Of a DNA stretch of 64,000 nucleotides, positions 1-12,016 are shown piece after piece. The notes beneath the pieces were generated by a model. That model saw nothing but the letters and a program-made list of their open reading frames with translations, was not told where the DNA came from and ran no database searches. The first letter of the stretch is position 1, and each line of letters begins with the position of its first letter. The position numbers were made by a program, and so were the translations under genes. Source of the DNA: Macrostomum lignano (lineage: Eukaryota); NCBI GenBank assembly GCA_002269645.1, contig NIVC01001409.1, positions 124,001 through 188,000 on the forward strand, given 5' to 3'.

Positions 1-1967
1 AAGAATCGTGTCTCTAGCTTAATCTGCTTTCCAGATATTCGAAGGCGGAGATTCCGGAAAATTTCTGTATTTAAATAAGGGAAATCCAGGAAAATCAATC
101 AGCAATTGCCAAGCTGTATTAGAAGACTCAAATATGAGATTCTACAGATCATTAGAGCGTGTCAGTCCCTGTCTTCCCCAGAAAGAATCGTGTCTCTAGC
201 TTAATCTGCTTTCCAGATATTCATTCAGGCGATTCCGAAAATTTCAATGCATTTAAATGGGAAATCCGAAAATCAATCAGCAATTGCCAAGCTGTATTAG
301 AAGACTCAGATATGAGATTCTACAGATCATTAGAGCGTGTCAGTCCCTGTCTTCCCAGAAAGAATCGTGTCTCTAGCTTAATCTGCTTTCCAGATATTCG
401 AAGGCGAGATTCCGGAAAATTTCTATGTATTTAAATGGGAAATCCAGGAAAATCAATCAGCAATTGCCAAGCTGTATTAGAAGACTCAGATATGAGATTC
501 TACAGATCATTAGAGCGTGTCAGTCCCTGTCTTCCCAGAAAGAATCGTGTCTCTAGCTTAATCTGCTTTCCAGATATTCGAAGGCGGAGATTCCGGAAAA
601 TTTCAATGTATTTAAATAAGGGAAATCCAGGAAAATCAATCAGCAATTGCCAAGCTGTATTAGAAGACTCAGATATGAGATTCTACAGATCATTAGAGCG
701 TGTCAGTCCCTGTCTTCCCAGAAAGAATCGTGTCTCTAGCTTAATCTGCTTTCCAGATATTCATTCAAGGCGATTCCAGAAAATTGCAATGTATTTAAAT
801 GGGAAATCGGAAAATCAATCAGCAATTGCCAAGCTGTATTAGAAGACTCAGATATGAGATTCTACAGATCATTAGAGCGTGTCAGTCCCTGTCTTCCCAG
901 AAAGAATCGTGTCTCTAGCTTAATCTGCTTTCCAGATATTCGAAGGCGGAGATTCCGGAAAATTTCTATGTATTTAAATAAGGGAAATCCAGGAAAATCA
1001 ATCACAATTGCCAAGCTGTATTAGAAGACTCAGATATGAGATTCTACAGATCATTAGAGCGTGTCAGTCCCTGTCTTCCCAGAAAGAATCGTGTCTCTAG
1101 CTTAATCTGCTTTCCAGATATTCATTCAAGGCGATTCCAGAAAATTGCAATGCATTCAAATGGTGAAATTCGCGAAAATCAATCAGCAATTGCCAAGCTG
1201 TATTAGAAGACTCAGATATGAGATTCTACAGATCATTAGAGCGTGTCAGTCCCTGTCTTCCCAGAAAGAATCGTGTCTCTAGCTTAATCTGCTTTCCAGA
1301 TATTCATTCAGGCGATTCCAGAAAATTGCAATGCATTTAAATGGGAAATCGCGAAAATCAATCAGCAATTGCCAAGCTGTATTAGAAGACTCAGATATGA
1401 GATTCTACAGATCATTAGAGCGTGTCAGTCCCTGTCTTCCCAGAAAGAATCGTGTCTCTAGCTTAATCTGCTTTCCAGATATTCGAAGGCGGAGATTCCG
1501 GAAAATTTCTATGTATTTAAATAAGGGAAATCCAGGAAAATCAATCAGCAATTGCCAAGCTGTATTAGAAGACTCAGATATGAGATTCTACAGATCATTA
1601 GAGCGTGTCAGTCCCTGTCTTCCCCAGAAAGAATCGTGTCTCTAGCTTAATCTGCTTTCCAGATATTCATTCAAAAACGGCGATTCCAGAAAATTGCAAT
1701 GCATTCAAATGGTGAAATTCGCGAAAATCAATCAGCAATTGCCAAGCTGTATTAGAAGACTCAAATATGAGATTCTACAGATCATTAGAGCGTGTCAGTC
1801 CCTATCTTCCCTAGAAAGAATCGTGTCTCTAGCTTAATCTGCTTTCTAGATATTCCAAGGCGGCGATTCCGGAAAATTTTCTATGCATTAAAATACGGGA
1901 AATCCAGGATAATCAATCAGCAATTGCCAAGCTGTTTTACTAGAGTCAAATATGAAATTCTACAGAT
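1..1967. repeat. ~181-bp tandem satellite, ~11 copies, truncated at the window start
   Basis: AAGAATCGTGTCTCTAGCTTAATCTGC recurs at ~1, 183, 360, 540, 723, 902, 1085, 1267, 1445, 1629 and 1815. There are two monomer subtypes. The ORFs at 159-1989 are translations of this repeat. Confidence 0.95.
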
Positions 1968-4900
1968 GACACCGACTGATACGCTCTAGTGATCTGTAGA
2001 ATTTCATGTTTAAGTCTACTAATACAGCTTCCTTGACCAGGAGAAAGCAGTTTCCTGGACCCAGGGGACCAGGCACAGGAAAAGCAATGCTGAGTTTGCT
2101 AAAGACAGGGGGCCAAATGCAGATGCTTCACAGATCGCAGACCCACATCTGGCCGCTCTGGAGACAACCGAACCTCTTTGTTCTTATTCTTCGAGTCACA
2201 GACCAAATCTCGAGGCTTGCCGGGACGAAAAATCAACACAGAAGGTTCTTCCCCCGATATGTATGACTGAGGCCGCAAAAAGTATAGCATTGGTCCAACA
2301 GAGCCGTATCTGTTGGACATATGCTCTGTCCAAGAAAGAGACCCGCTCTGTATCGATCGAGCGGTGAGATAAACCATTTTTATGGTCCTAGAGGCTTTTT
2401 TACTTCACTTTACCTGTCTATATTGTATATGTTTGGAAATGGGCATGAGGATACCCACGGCATTCGGAACCCTTTATCTCTTTTGCTTCTTCCATTTAGA
2501 AGCAAAAATCTAATTTATTAGCCTCTCGAGCTTCTCCTTCCGACATCTTTTTTGCCACGCCACCAGGTTCCTACTGTCTCGTCCGATACTCCCCCGATAA
2601 GAAAAAAGTTTTTTTTCCAGCCTCTTTGTTTGATCCAGGCACGATCCATGGACTCCTAGATTCTACTGGACTGAAAGCGAAATTGCCGCCTGTACAAGAT
2701 GAGGGCATTCTTTCTTCCCCCAGCCAGTCCGTTCCTCAGCCACCAAAAGAATCAATCATGGAAAATAAGTTTTGAGCGCAAGACAGAATCTCATTTATTG
2801 ATGACATGCCAATGCCAATAACTACTATTTCAGAATTCGGCACTGTTTATTTATGCAGGATTGGCAATTTAAAATAATCAGCAAACAGTTGGTGAAAAAA
2901 TGCAGATAAATAACGTTTTAGAGTCACTAAATTATAGTGCAATCGAGGAGAAAAGGCAACAGTTATCCTTATTCAAACCACTTGTCAATGTACAACCCCA
3001 CAGTCTGTGTCACTGTCTTTTCATGCACTTGCTCACTTTGGCTTCAGGCTGGAACGCGATATGTACGCGTTTGCTTGTTTGGGATGCCGTGAGGGAAAGA
3101 GTGTTGCGGAGAAGGGCCCCCACTCCTCTCTTCCTCAGAAAGGAACTTTGCCCCATGTTGTACAGAAAAAAATAATGTATTTTCCGTTTCCTGTCCGGGT
3201 GCTTATATATAGTCGTCCATGCATGATCAGGGTTCTCAGACCATGAATAGAATGGGTTTCCACGATTTTTGTTAGCTATGCAGCTAAACAGATATAAATC
3301 TTGGTTTTGATACATTAGGAAGGCCTTCAACAAAGCAGAACCAAGAAAGCAAGGCAGAACAAAAAACGGACTTATAGCTAGCGTTCTCGAGGTTTCAGTC
3401 TCTTTGTGTATCGATGATGCCAGTTCACAGTCGCATAAGCTAGTAGTTTTTTCGGCAAATGCATTCGGGGCGGAGTCGAGAAATCAAAGCAGCTGATTGA
3501 TGATTCCAAAACAGCTGTGGGAAACGATATACGTTTCAATTAATACCAATATACAATCTAGAAATCTTGACATAAACTTTAGGCTATATACGAGTCGAGC
3601 TAATAACAAATCCGTTTGAATCTAATCACTGTCGCCCGTTAGAGGCACAACGCAGAAACGAATTTCTGCTTCAGTTGCTTCGGTTCGGTATCCCGATTTT
3701 TTAAGGCCAAATCCATGCAAATCGTGGCACACCACTCTTAAGGGGAAGAGGGGAGAAGCAGAGCTAGGAAATCTTTGTTTGGTTTGCTTTGTTCTTTCGT
3801 ATAGAGCTTTGGTATATATTGGCTTAATTATATACATGTATACCGTATCACAAGTTACGAAAAATAAATGGTATCAGATATTTCAAACAGACTCAGAATA
3901 ACAAGCAGTTGCATTCGCCGTTTCTTAACATCTGTACAAAAACTGCGAAAGCATAAGCGCCCTTCAAAAATCTCGAAGTCGAAAGCTGATTGAGATAGAG
4001 ACATTCTTTTTGTGGGTGACACCGACTGGCACGCTCTAATAATCGGTTAGAATCTCATATCTGAGTCTCCATTAAAGTTATCTATGTCCTAACATGTATA
4101 TACTAAAAACTATAATCTGACAATAATAAAGCAACACAAGTATTAGGTTCCTCATTTTCAAATATAGGTACATGTATATTGATTGCAAGGAATTGAAAGC
4201 AAGACTCAGTTTATTTTACCAGCTAATTCTTACAAAAATGCTCACACAGGATGAATAGAAAAGGCATTTCTTGGAAAATTACTTGACCTGGGTGCACAAG
4301 TTTACGAGTCATTGAGAAATTTGCCTTTAGATAAAAGCTGCAATACTCTTTACTGAGAATTCGAATACTCAAATGACAAGCCTGCCAAGCATTGAACTTG
4401 AAGATTAACTCTAAAGTAATATTTAGCTTGACACTTAGTAACGCACTCATTTGAATATTTAGCATTCGGATGTAAACATACTGCACAAGGTCTGCACAAA
4501 TTTGAAGGCTTTGGGGCCTTAGCTTAGTAATTTTTTGGGAGCAGTGAGAATAATCTCAACTATATAGTTGAAGAATCGATCGCGAAAAGGGGTTCATAAC
4601 AATATGGCTTGATTAATAAAGCGGTCTAAAACGCAATTCATACGAGTATTTACGCAACCCTTAGTGCTTACTTTGTTCAGTGACTGTGATTCCCCTTTGT
4701 TAGCTTCCCTTAGGAAATGCAATAAAGAAAGGAGACAGAGAGGTCTCGGATTTTACACAAGCCATATTAAGGACACGGAAACACCAGGTGTTCTAGGGTA
4801 GCGTTTTCGCAAACTATTCTCGAACCAGCCTCGAATTCCTGGAAATCTAGCATAGAATTAGAATACGAGGCTTAAAAATAAAGTCTCGATAGCTAGTTTG

Positions 4901-5059
4901 ATGCCTCAACAAGAGCTAGTTCCATGGATTTTTCATAGTGGGATATCGTAGAAACCAGCACGACTTGTGTTGTGGCTGGCTCACAACACAAGCACAGGTT
5001 AACAAGAATATACACAGTAAGTCGCAAAGGTAATAAAATATTAATGGGGAGCAAGGGAA

Positions 5060-5190
5060 CAACACAAGTATATATATACACACAAACACACACACACATA
5101 TATATATGTTTTATATATATATATGTACATATATATACACACACACATATATATATATATATAATATATATATATGTGTGTGTTTGTGTT
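5060..5190. repeat. compound (TA)n/(CA)n/(TG)n microsatellite, roughly self-inverted
   Basis: ACACAAACACACAC..ATATAT on the left and ATATAT..GTGTGTGTTTGTGT on the right. Confidence 0.85.
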
Positions 5191-5641
5191 ACACTGACAG
5201 TGACACAGACTTCTACAAATGATCGAGATGGGGGTTTAAAAATAACATTCATACATACTGTACATACAGACGACTCATTTTGGTATATAGGATAGGAAGT
5301 GAAGGCTTTCACAAGACTCCATGAAAACTTATGGCTCTACTTATTATCAGCCCTCTCCAGTCTTTATGGAATTCCAGCTGTTCTAGCTGCTTTATGGAAT
5401 CACAGCTTTACTTCATCTTCTCTGGGACACAGCGCAGGACGAATCGGAAGATGTCGATGACGCTATCGATCCTGTTAACATAATTATTTTAGAAATGAAA
5501 GTCGATAATTGAATCTAATTAAATAATTAAATAATAATTTAGAACTTTTTTAATTTACTGACAGGTGTTTATTTAAATTGATTGATAAAACACAGACACA
5601 AGTAAGTAGAAAGGCCAATGAACTATATTTACCTGAGAAAT

Positions 5642-7593
5642 CTATTCATCGTGCCCTGCTAGTGGAATTACATAGAATGAGTCCACTGTCTCGCCCTCAG
5701 CTGCTGCCGAAGTCGCATGGGGTAGGAGCCAACATTTGCGGCTTGGTTGTCCAGTCGTGATCTCGGATGTCAGGTGATATACACCAATTCCAAGAAGCAG
5801 CGAAGGGAATGGATACGTATAGAGGCTTTCAGTAGGCCGCAGAATTCTACCTGACACTTTGCCGTTAATAGTCACGTGTTGAATTAGCACACACTGCGAA
5901 CCAACGAAGCAGCAGTTGTCACCCTTCTTTGTGCTGTACTTTAAGGGCGGGAGACAATGATCCTTCAAATTCAAATTTCGAACTTTGAGCGCTTGAACAA
6001 CAGCATGTGCAGCTGGATGCCTGGTGACTTTAATTTTCCTCTTTATGGAACCAAGATAGTTCTCAAAGGGAAAAGTCGAAAAGTTGTTCAGATTACCAAA
6101 TTTCCTTACAAAGTAGTCGAAATGAAGCAGAGCGTGAATGTTGTAGCTGATAGCTTTTTTGCCAAACATTTTGGACAATTGCTCTACAAAGACTTCGATA
6201 CAACTTTTTGCTTGAGACCAAAGTTCAGAGTACTTCTCGGATGAGTAGCAGAACACGGCAAAGTGCAAAAGTAAGAAGTTTTTGTAAAGTTTTTCTGGTA
6301 TGTATCTCTTAAAAAGTACAGGACCCAGATACAAAACATACTGTCTGAATTCAGTTGCCTTCAGAAATGACAAGCACTTGTCAATGCGCCGTGGCCTTCT
6401 TTGAAAGTTGCTTGGAGTCCAGCAGGCAATTTCATCAATGTAGTCCGACAGATGTTTAACTGTTTTCCTAGAATGTTTGCAGCCTCCTTTTCCAAAATAA
6501 AAGTTCATAATTTTTCTCACGGCTCCAAGACAGATTGCATGCTGAAAATCGAGTGGGAACCAGTTCGCGAAGTCCATATTCGGCAAGTGCAGCAGCGGTG
6601 ACAATATTTTAGATTCAGCTTGATTGCTTTCACCTCCTTCGCGATATATCTGTCCACAACGACTCTCGGCGATGGTTGTTGAAAAGACAACTCTGTTGTC
6701 GTCACGTGAACCCACGGCTCTACAGTATTGACAACCAACGTAAGATGTGTGACCGGATGTGCACATTAGGAAGTTGCGCGCAGGGGTGTCGCATATAAAG
6801 TAAATAGCGGAGAGCATGATGCTTATCTCATCGGAGATTTTAACGGGTTCAGATAAGAACATCGTCGCCTCCGCGCAGAATTCTTGCAAATATTCTTTTA
6901 ATGGTGGCTTGCCTATACCAGCCCAAATTGCCACCGGAAATGGCTTAGCGAATGCTTTTGGAATTGTCATTAATAATGGCCACAAGCCAAATTGACTCGC
7001 ACGGAAAAGAGGACATCCGTCACTATTCAGGTGGGCCTCAAATGTGTACACTTTTGTTGAACCACTTGATTTCTGCAGATTTTCAGGCGCAAGTTGCAGT
7101 AACCCATGACGAGTTAATAGTTGGAGATTATTGAGTATTGAGATGTACTTAAAATGTCCATCCCCCATGGCCAGTAATTCCCCTACAGGAAATTCTTTCT
7201 TCAGAAGCCGTTCCAGTCGGAAAACAGATTTTGGAGCAGGAATGCCGATTTCTCGAAGTCCGGCGAGAAGGAAAGCCATGGCGCTGCGAGAAATATTGTA
7301 CGTTGAGAGAAATAGAAGAAGCAATGCTTCTAGCTTTACTTCTAAAGGCCGATTATCTTCTCTCTCTCGGTGTCATCTTCGGAGATGTCGTCTGCATCAC
7401 GATTCCACTCCATCTCATCAAAGTCAACATTACTTAACTCTTCCTGGTCACCTTCATCGACGTCCATCCGTTGTTCTTCCGCTCCGCTTGATGCCTCTGT
7501 GGTGACCTTGTCCTGCTCTCTCTTTTCTTTATCAACAAATGAAGATAGCAAGTGCTTTGTTGCAAGTCGTTGCAAATTTTTCTTGGAAGACAT
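5642..7593 (-). CDS. EnSpm/CACTA-like transposase, ~649 aa if one frameshift in a (GA)5 run at 7359-7368 is repaired
   Basis: Motifs typical of animal EnSpm transposases: NSDGCPLF..WP, CDTPAR..GHTSYVGCQYC, PLDFQHAICLGAVRK, FQRRPR..KATEFRQYVLYLGP, YNIHALLH..G.L..FSTFPFENYLGSIK. The upstream 83-aa ORF (ATG at 7593) joins the 560-aa ORF if 2 nt are removed from the GA run. Confidence 0.8.
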
Positions 7594-7944
7594 TTTGTTT
7601 GAAAGATGCTTTTACCTGTAGTAGATTATTAATTGTATGTAGGTAAATCAGGTAAAAAGATGGGTAGGAAAGGTTAAGATAGGTTATGGTAAGTCGAATG
7701 CGATTATGTGTTGAAGATACATGATATTTGGTAAGACCCAATAGAAATTGGTTCCTGAGTTTATCAATGCTCGGAACCAATGAGATCGCCCTGTGCCAAC
7801 CTCTCGAAGCTGAAGCCTTGCTTAAATTTTCTCAAATGAGCTTTTTTCACTTTGCATCAGATCAAATTAGCTAGATGTAAGAATTCTCATCGAATTCATA
7901 AAATATCTATCCATCTATAGCATATAAAAACTATTTTTGTTATC
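7594..7944. promoter_or_regulatory. probable bidirectional promoter between the transposase and the accessory gene
   Basis: 351-bp AT-rich spacer between two divergent ATGs (7593 minus, 7945 plus); position-based inference only. Confidence 0.45.
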
Positions 7945-10877
7945 ATGAAGTTTATTGTAATTTTCAAAGCTGATAGACAGGTTGTTGAGGCAAACAAAGA
8001 GCATCTGATTCTCCCGGAAGAGTTGGAAAACTTGACAGACTCAGAGTGGCTTGCTTTGAAAGATAGCACTGAGAAATGGTTCTGCAAGGCACTCTACGAA
8101 GGGCAGCACTTTGCTGCAATTATTGTCCAGGTGAGCTTTTTTGTTTATAACTTTATATAGTTACAAGCTTAAGTTATCAACGAATTATTGATTTAATTAC
8201 GACTGCCATTGAGATTAGGGCCGATTTGAAAAAATAAAATTCACCAAATTGCTGCGCGTACAGACATTAACTACTAGCTGTCGCTGAAGTTCAGTAATTG
8301 AGCTCATTTATACACGCATTATAGACCTAATTATATTTCATTTTAGGTTGTGTTAGACGACTCTTTGGATTCACCGGCCCTTGCATTTGCTCGAGAATTA
8401 ATCAAGAAAAAAAAGACGCTCAAGGATATTCTAGCTCTCGTGCTTCCACGAGTTTTTTGCAAGAGCGATCAGCGCCAGGCCCGTCGGTTGTATCAAGGAA
8501 GGGTGAGCTTCGTGTTTCTGAATGTCTCAGTGAATAGTGATAAATGAATTCGAGAAGAAGAAGGAGAAATACTATGCTTATTCAAATTAGACTAGAAGAT
8601 TATACACTTTGAATGTACTTAGACCAGAATCCAAATTAAATATTTTCACAGAACCTGTCCAGTGGCTCTGCGTCCGACACAGATCACTTCTGGGACGGCC
8701 GATCGACTGAGAAGCGGCGCCCGCAACTTCAGCTACCAAATCAACAACTGCCTGAGACATTAGCGACGCTGTGCCCGCTGCCTGCACACTTGATATCAGG
8801 CGGAAATCAGACGGAGCTTTTGGAAAGCGCTGCAGTGCAAGCGGAAGCGAAAGCGGCAGCGGAAGCAAAAGCGGCAGCGGAAGCGAAAGCGGCAGCGGAA
8901 GCGAAAGCGGCAGCGGAAGCGAAAGCGGCAGCGGAAGCGAAAGCGGCAGCGGAAGCGAAAGCGGCAGCGGAAGCAAAAGCGGCAGCGGAAGCGAAAGCGG
9001 CAGCGGAAGCGAAAGCGGCAGCGGAAGCGAAAGCGGCAGCGGAAGCAAAAGCGGCAGCGGAAGCGAAAGCGGCAGCGGAAGCGAAAGCGGCAGCGGAAGC
9101 GAAAGCGGCAGCGGAAGCAAAAGCGGCAGCGGAAGCGAAAGCGGCAGCGGAAGCGAAAGCGGCAGCGGAAGCGAAAGCGGCAGCGGAAGTGGAAGCGGAT
9201 GAGGAAGCAATCACAATAATTGAAGCTGCAGTGATGGCTCCATGGGTCGAAGAGGCAGCAGCCGCAGACATCTCAGCTGTCCCAAAGCCTTCAGTATTTG
9301 GCTTCGGGCCAAGTCCGGTACACGTGCTTCAGCGGCAGATTCAGTCGGTGGTCGACTTTCCTTTAGAAAGTATTCGTGGAATCCTCTTCGTGCAGCTGTC
9401 ACTTCTCCGCGAACAAATGGTGAAAAACAGTAAATTGGAAGCCCAACAAAAGCGCTGCCTAGAAGAACTGGCGTCAATTCGCGCAGAGCTGCACCTGCAC
9501 CGTCAGTCGACAGCACCGGCTCCACGTTCACCACAGTTCTGGCCCATCAGTAGCTGGCAAGCGTATGTGGAGTTCGTTGAGTTGCAGCCAACAGAGATGC
9601 TTTCAGAAATGGTAAGTTTTGAGCCAGATATTTCAAGCAGATTTTAATCTTAGACTCAAGTTTAGTCCTCAATATTTATATCACCCCTCTACGAGCGTAT
9701 TAATTACCTCATTTTAATCTCAACCTCAATTTAGCTAAATTATCGTATTTTTGTCTCATTTTTTTCAATTTCTGCACCCCTCTATGTTAGACTCGTCTGT
9801 TTCATTCTCTTTGCACTCTCCCTGACGACAAGTGACAACACAATCTCAGATAATCACGGATTCAACTATTACTTGTCAACCATATCCGTTGTTTCTGTCA
9901 TTATAGAAAACTCTGCTTCTTCTCGCTAAGCGGTCGACAGTGTCAGAGACAGTTCGGACGATGATGGACTCCTGTTTGACTCCCGACCTACAGGCAGCTG
10001 TCAACTTCAACGGAAGAGATATGCAGAGTCGAGCTCGTCTGGCAGGAGCTAACACAGCTTTGACTGATCAGCATCTGGGCTTTAAAGTAATACTCCTGAA
10101 TTATTTTCAAGGTGAGAATCATTTCATTATGCAATATCATGAGCTTTATGAGACCACTCAAGCGGCATTCAAATAATTCTTAAATAACTTCGCAGAATTT
10201 TCATGCTGCAAATTTTCGTAAATCTGAAAAATAAACTTAAACATGAACTGACTCCTAAATCAGCTACTGTTAGTAGAAATGTAATATTATCTAATACCTT
10301 AAGAGTTGGAATTTTTCCTAAATCTATCTATAAAACTATAACACACGCAGATGCCATCACGAGCTTATATGCTTTGGACGAAGCCAAGCCAACACCGGCT
10401 AAGGTGCATGATATATGCAAAGACCTGTTGCACCGCGGTACGGACCGTTTAAAAAAGCGGCGTCACCGAGCAAGCCTGGCCAGAGACCCAGCGGGCACAT
10501 CTACAGCGGCTGCAGCGGCATATGTCTCTCCAGCTTCAACGGTAATGACACCAGCTGCTGGTGCATTTTCATCGCATCCCGTATCTGCTACAGCCACTAC
10601 ACCAGCAACCCCAACTCGACATCGGATCCACGCCACTGCTCACCAGGCGTCCAGCGCAACTGCAGCACCGGTGGACAGCAGAAAGCGTTCAGCATGTGGT
10701 GCAGGTGGGCATGGGTCACAGAAGAATCAGCGTCAGTCGATTGAACGCTTCGCCTATTCCCAGCAGGCCGACAATGTCCCGGACGATGACCAGAATTGCA
10801 CTAGCTCTAGCGACAGTGATGCAGAAAATTTGATGGATGAATTAAGAGGAAATAGACAGAAATTGTTTCGACTGTGA
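7945..10877 (+). CDS. 5-exon transposon accessory protein (~677 aa) with (EAKAAA)19 repeat and C-terminal DUF4806-like domain
   Basis: Exons 7945-8130, 8347-8502, 8652-9611, 9907-10111, 10351-10877. All junctions are GT-AG with matching phases (0,0,0,1), giving a continuous frame. The spliced segment SETVRTMMDSCLTPDLQAAVNFNGR..LGFK..VHDICKDLLHRGTDR resembles the DUF4806 pattern as remembered. Confidence 0.7.
8844..9185 (+). repeat. coding 18-bp tandem repeat x19 encoding EAKAAA
   Basis: GAAGC(G/A)AAAGCGGCAGCG over 342 bp, in frame in exon 3 of the accessory gene. Confidence 0.95.
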
Positions 10878-10920
10878 AAGCAGGGTTAGATAATGTTTTG
10901 TCCTTAATTTCACTTCGCTT

Positions 10921-11467
10921 CAGGGGCGTAGTCAGAGGGGGGCAAGGGGGCCGTGGCCCCCCCCCAATCACCAACTCTGGCCTTGGCGCCCCCCCCTAAA
11001 AGAAACTGGCGCCCCCCCCCCTAAAAGAAACTGGCGCCCCCCCCTCTAAAAGAAACTGGCACCCCCCCCTAAAAGAAACTGGCGCCCCCCCCTAAAAGAA
11101 ACTGGCGCCCCCCCTCTAAAAGAAACTGGCGCTCCCCCTCTAAAAGAAACTGGCGCCCCCCTCTAAAAGAAACTGGCGCCCCCCCCTAAAAGAAACTGGC
11201 GCCCCCCTATAAGAAACTGGCGCCCCCCTAAAAGAAACTGGCGCCCCCCTAAAAGAAACTGGCGCCCCCCTAAAAGAAACTGGCGCCCCCCTATAAGAAA
11301 CTGGCGCCCCCCCCCTATAAGAAACTGGCGCCCCCCTAAAAGAAACTGGCGCCCCCCCCCTATAAGAAACTGGCGCTCCCCCCCTAAAAGAAACTGGCGC
11401 CCCCTATAAGAAGCTGGCGCCCCCTAACTCACGGCCCCCCCAATCAAAATTCCTGGCTACGCCCCTG
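10921..11467. mobile_element. hAT-type MITE with an internal ~23-bp minisatellite
   Basis: 15-bp TIRs CAGGGGCGTAGTCAG / CTGGCTACGCCCCTG (1 mismatch), perfect 8-bp TSD CTTCGCTT (10913-10920 and 11468-11475), and ~20 internal copies of AAAAGAAACTGGCGCCCCCCCT. Confidence 0.9.
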
Positions 11468-11929
11468 CTTCGCTTTGATATGGATTGGTAGATAGTAACA
11501 TTTAAATATGCGTTTTTGGCATCTGTGTTCTATTTATATCATTATTCAACATTAAAATCTGATGCTAATCTTAATAATCATTTTAAAATGCGCTACCTTC
11601 TTAGCTTAGCTCCTTGATGTTATTAACGGAGCATAGCCCTTTTCAGTTTTATTAATTATGAGCAGTCACTTTAGAAAATGTAACTGTAACTGTAAGATAT
11701 CAAAATGATATCAGATTTAAATCGCAAAACTACAATTCCGTTTACAAATTAGGTGAATACAAATTTACGTATTACTTAACCATGAATCGTGGCAGTGTTT
11801 CCAGTATGGAAAATAAAGCGATTGTCCATTTTATATTTCTGATATTATACCTGATTTTCTAATAATGACTATCTTTGAATCTTAGGAAATTGTAGGCTGC
11901 AGTTAACATTAAAATAAAAATTCATTTGA

Positions 11930-12016
11930 AGCAGCAGGGCGGGGGAGCAGCAGGGCGGGGGAGCAGCAGGGCGGGGAGCAGCAGGGCGGGGGAGCAACAG
12001 GGCGGGGAGCAGCAGG
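11930..12016. repeat. ~15-16-bp G-rich repeat x5 (GCAGCAGGGCGGGG(G)A)
   Basis: direct inspection. Confidence 0.8.

Larger units (their letters stand above)
5642..10877. mobile_element. animal EnSpm/CACTA (CMC)-type DNA transposon core: transposase plus divergent DUF4806-like gene; termini not resolved
   Basis: Transposase on the minus strand (7593-5642) and a spliced accessory gene on the plus strand (7945-10877), 351 bp apart head-to-head. No convincing TIR pair was found. Confidence 0.75.

Noticed and set aside
159-1989. ORFs in the 181-bp satellite
   Set aside because: They are translations of the tandem repeat, with frames broken by monomer indels and no recognisable domain.
2006-4486. 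Short ORFs between the satellite and the transposase
   Set aside because: No recognisable motifs and no consistent exon chain.
8587-9271. Alternative-frame ORFs (LPLPLS)n, (SGSGSE)n and (SAAAFA)n
   Set aside because: They are shadows of the 18-bp repeat; only the EAKAAA frame fits the spliced gene model.
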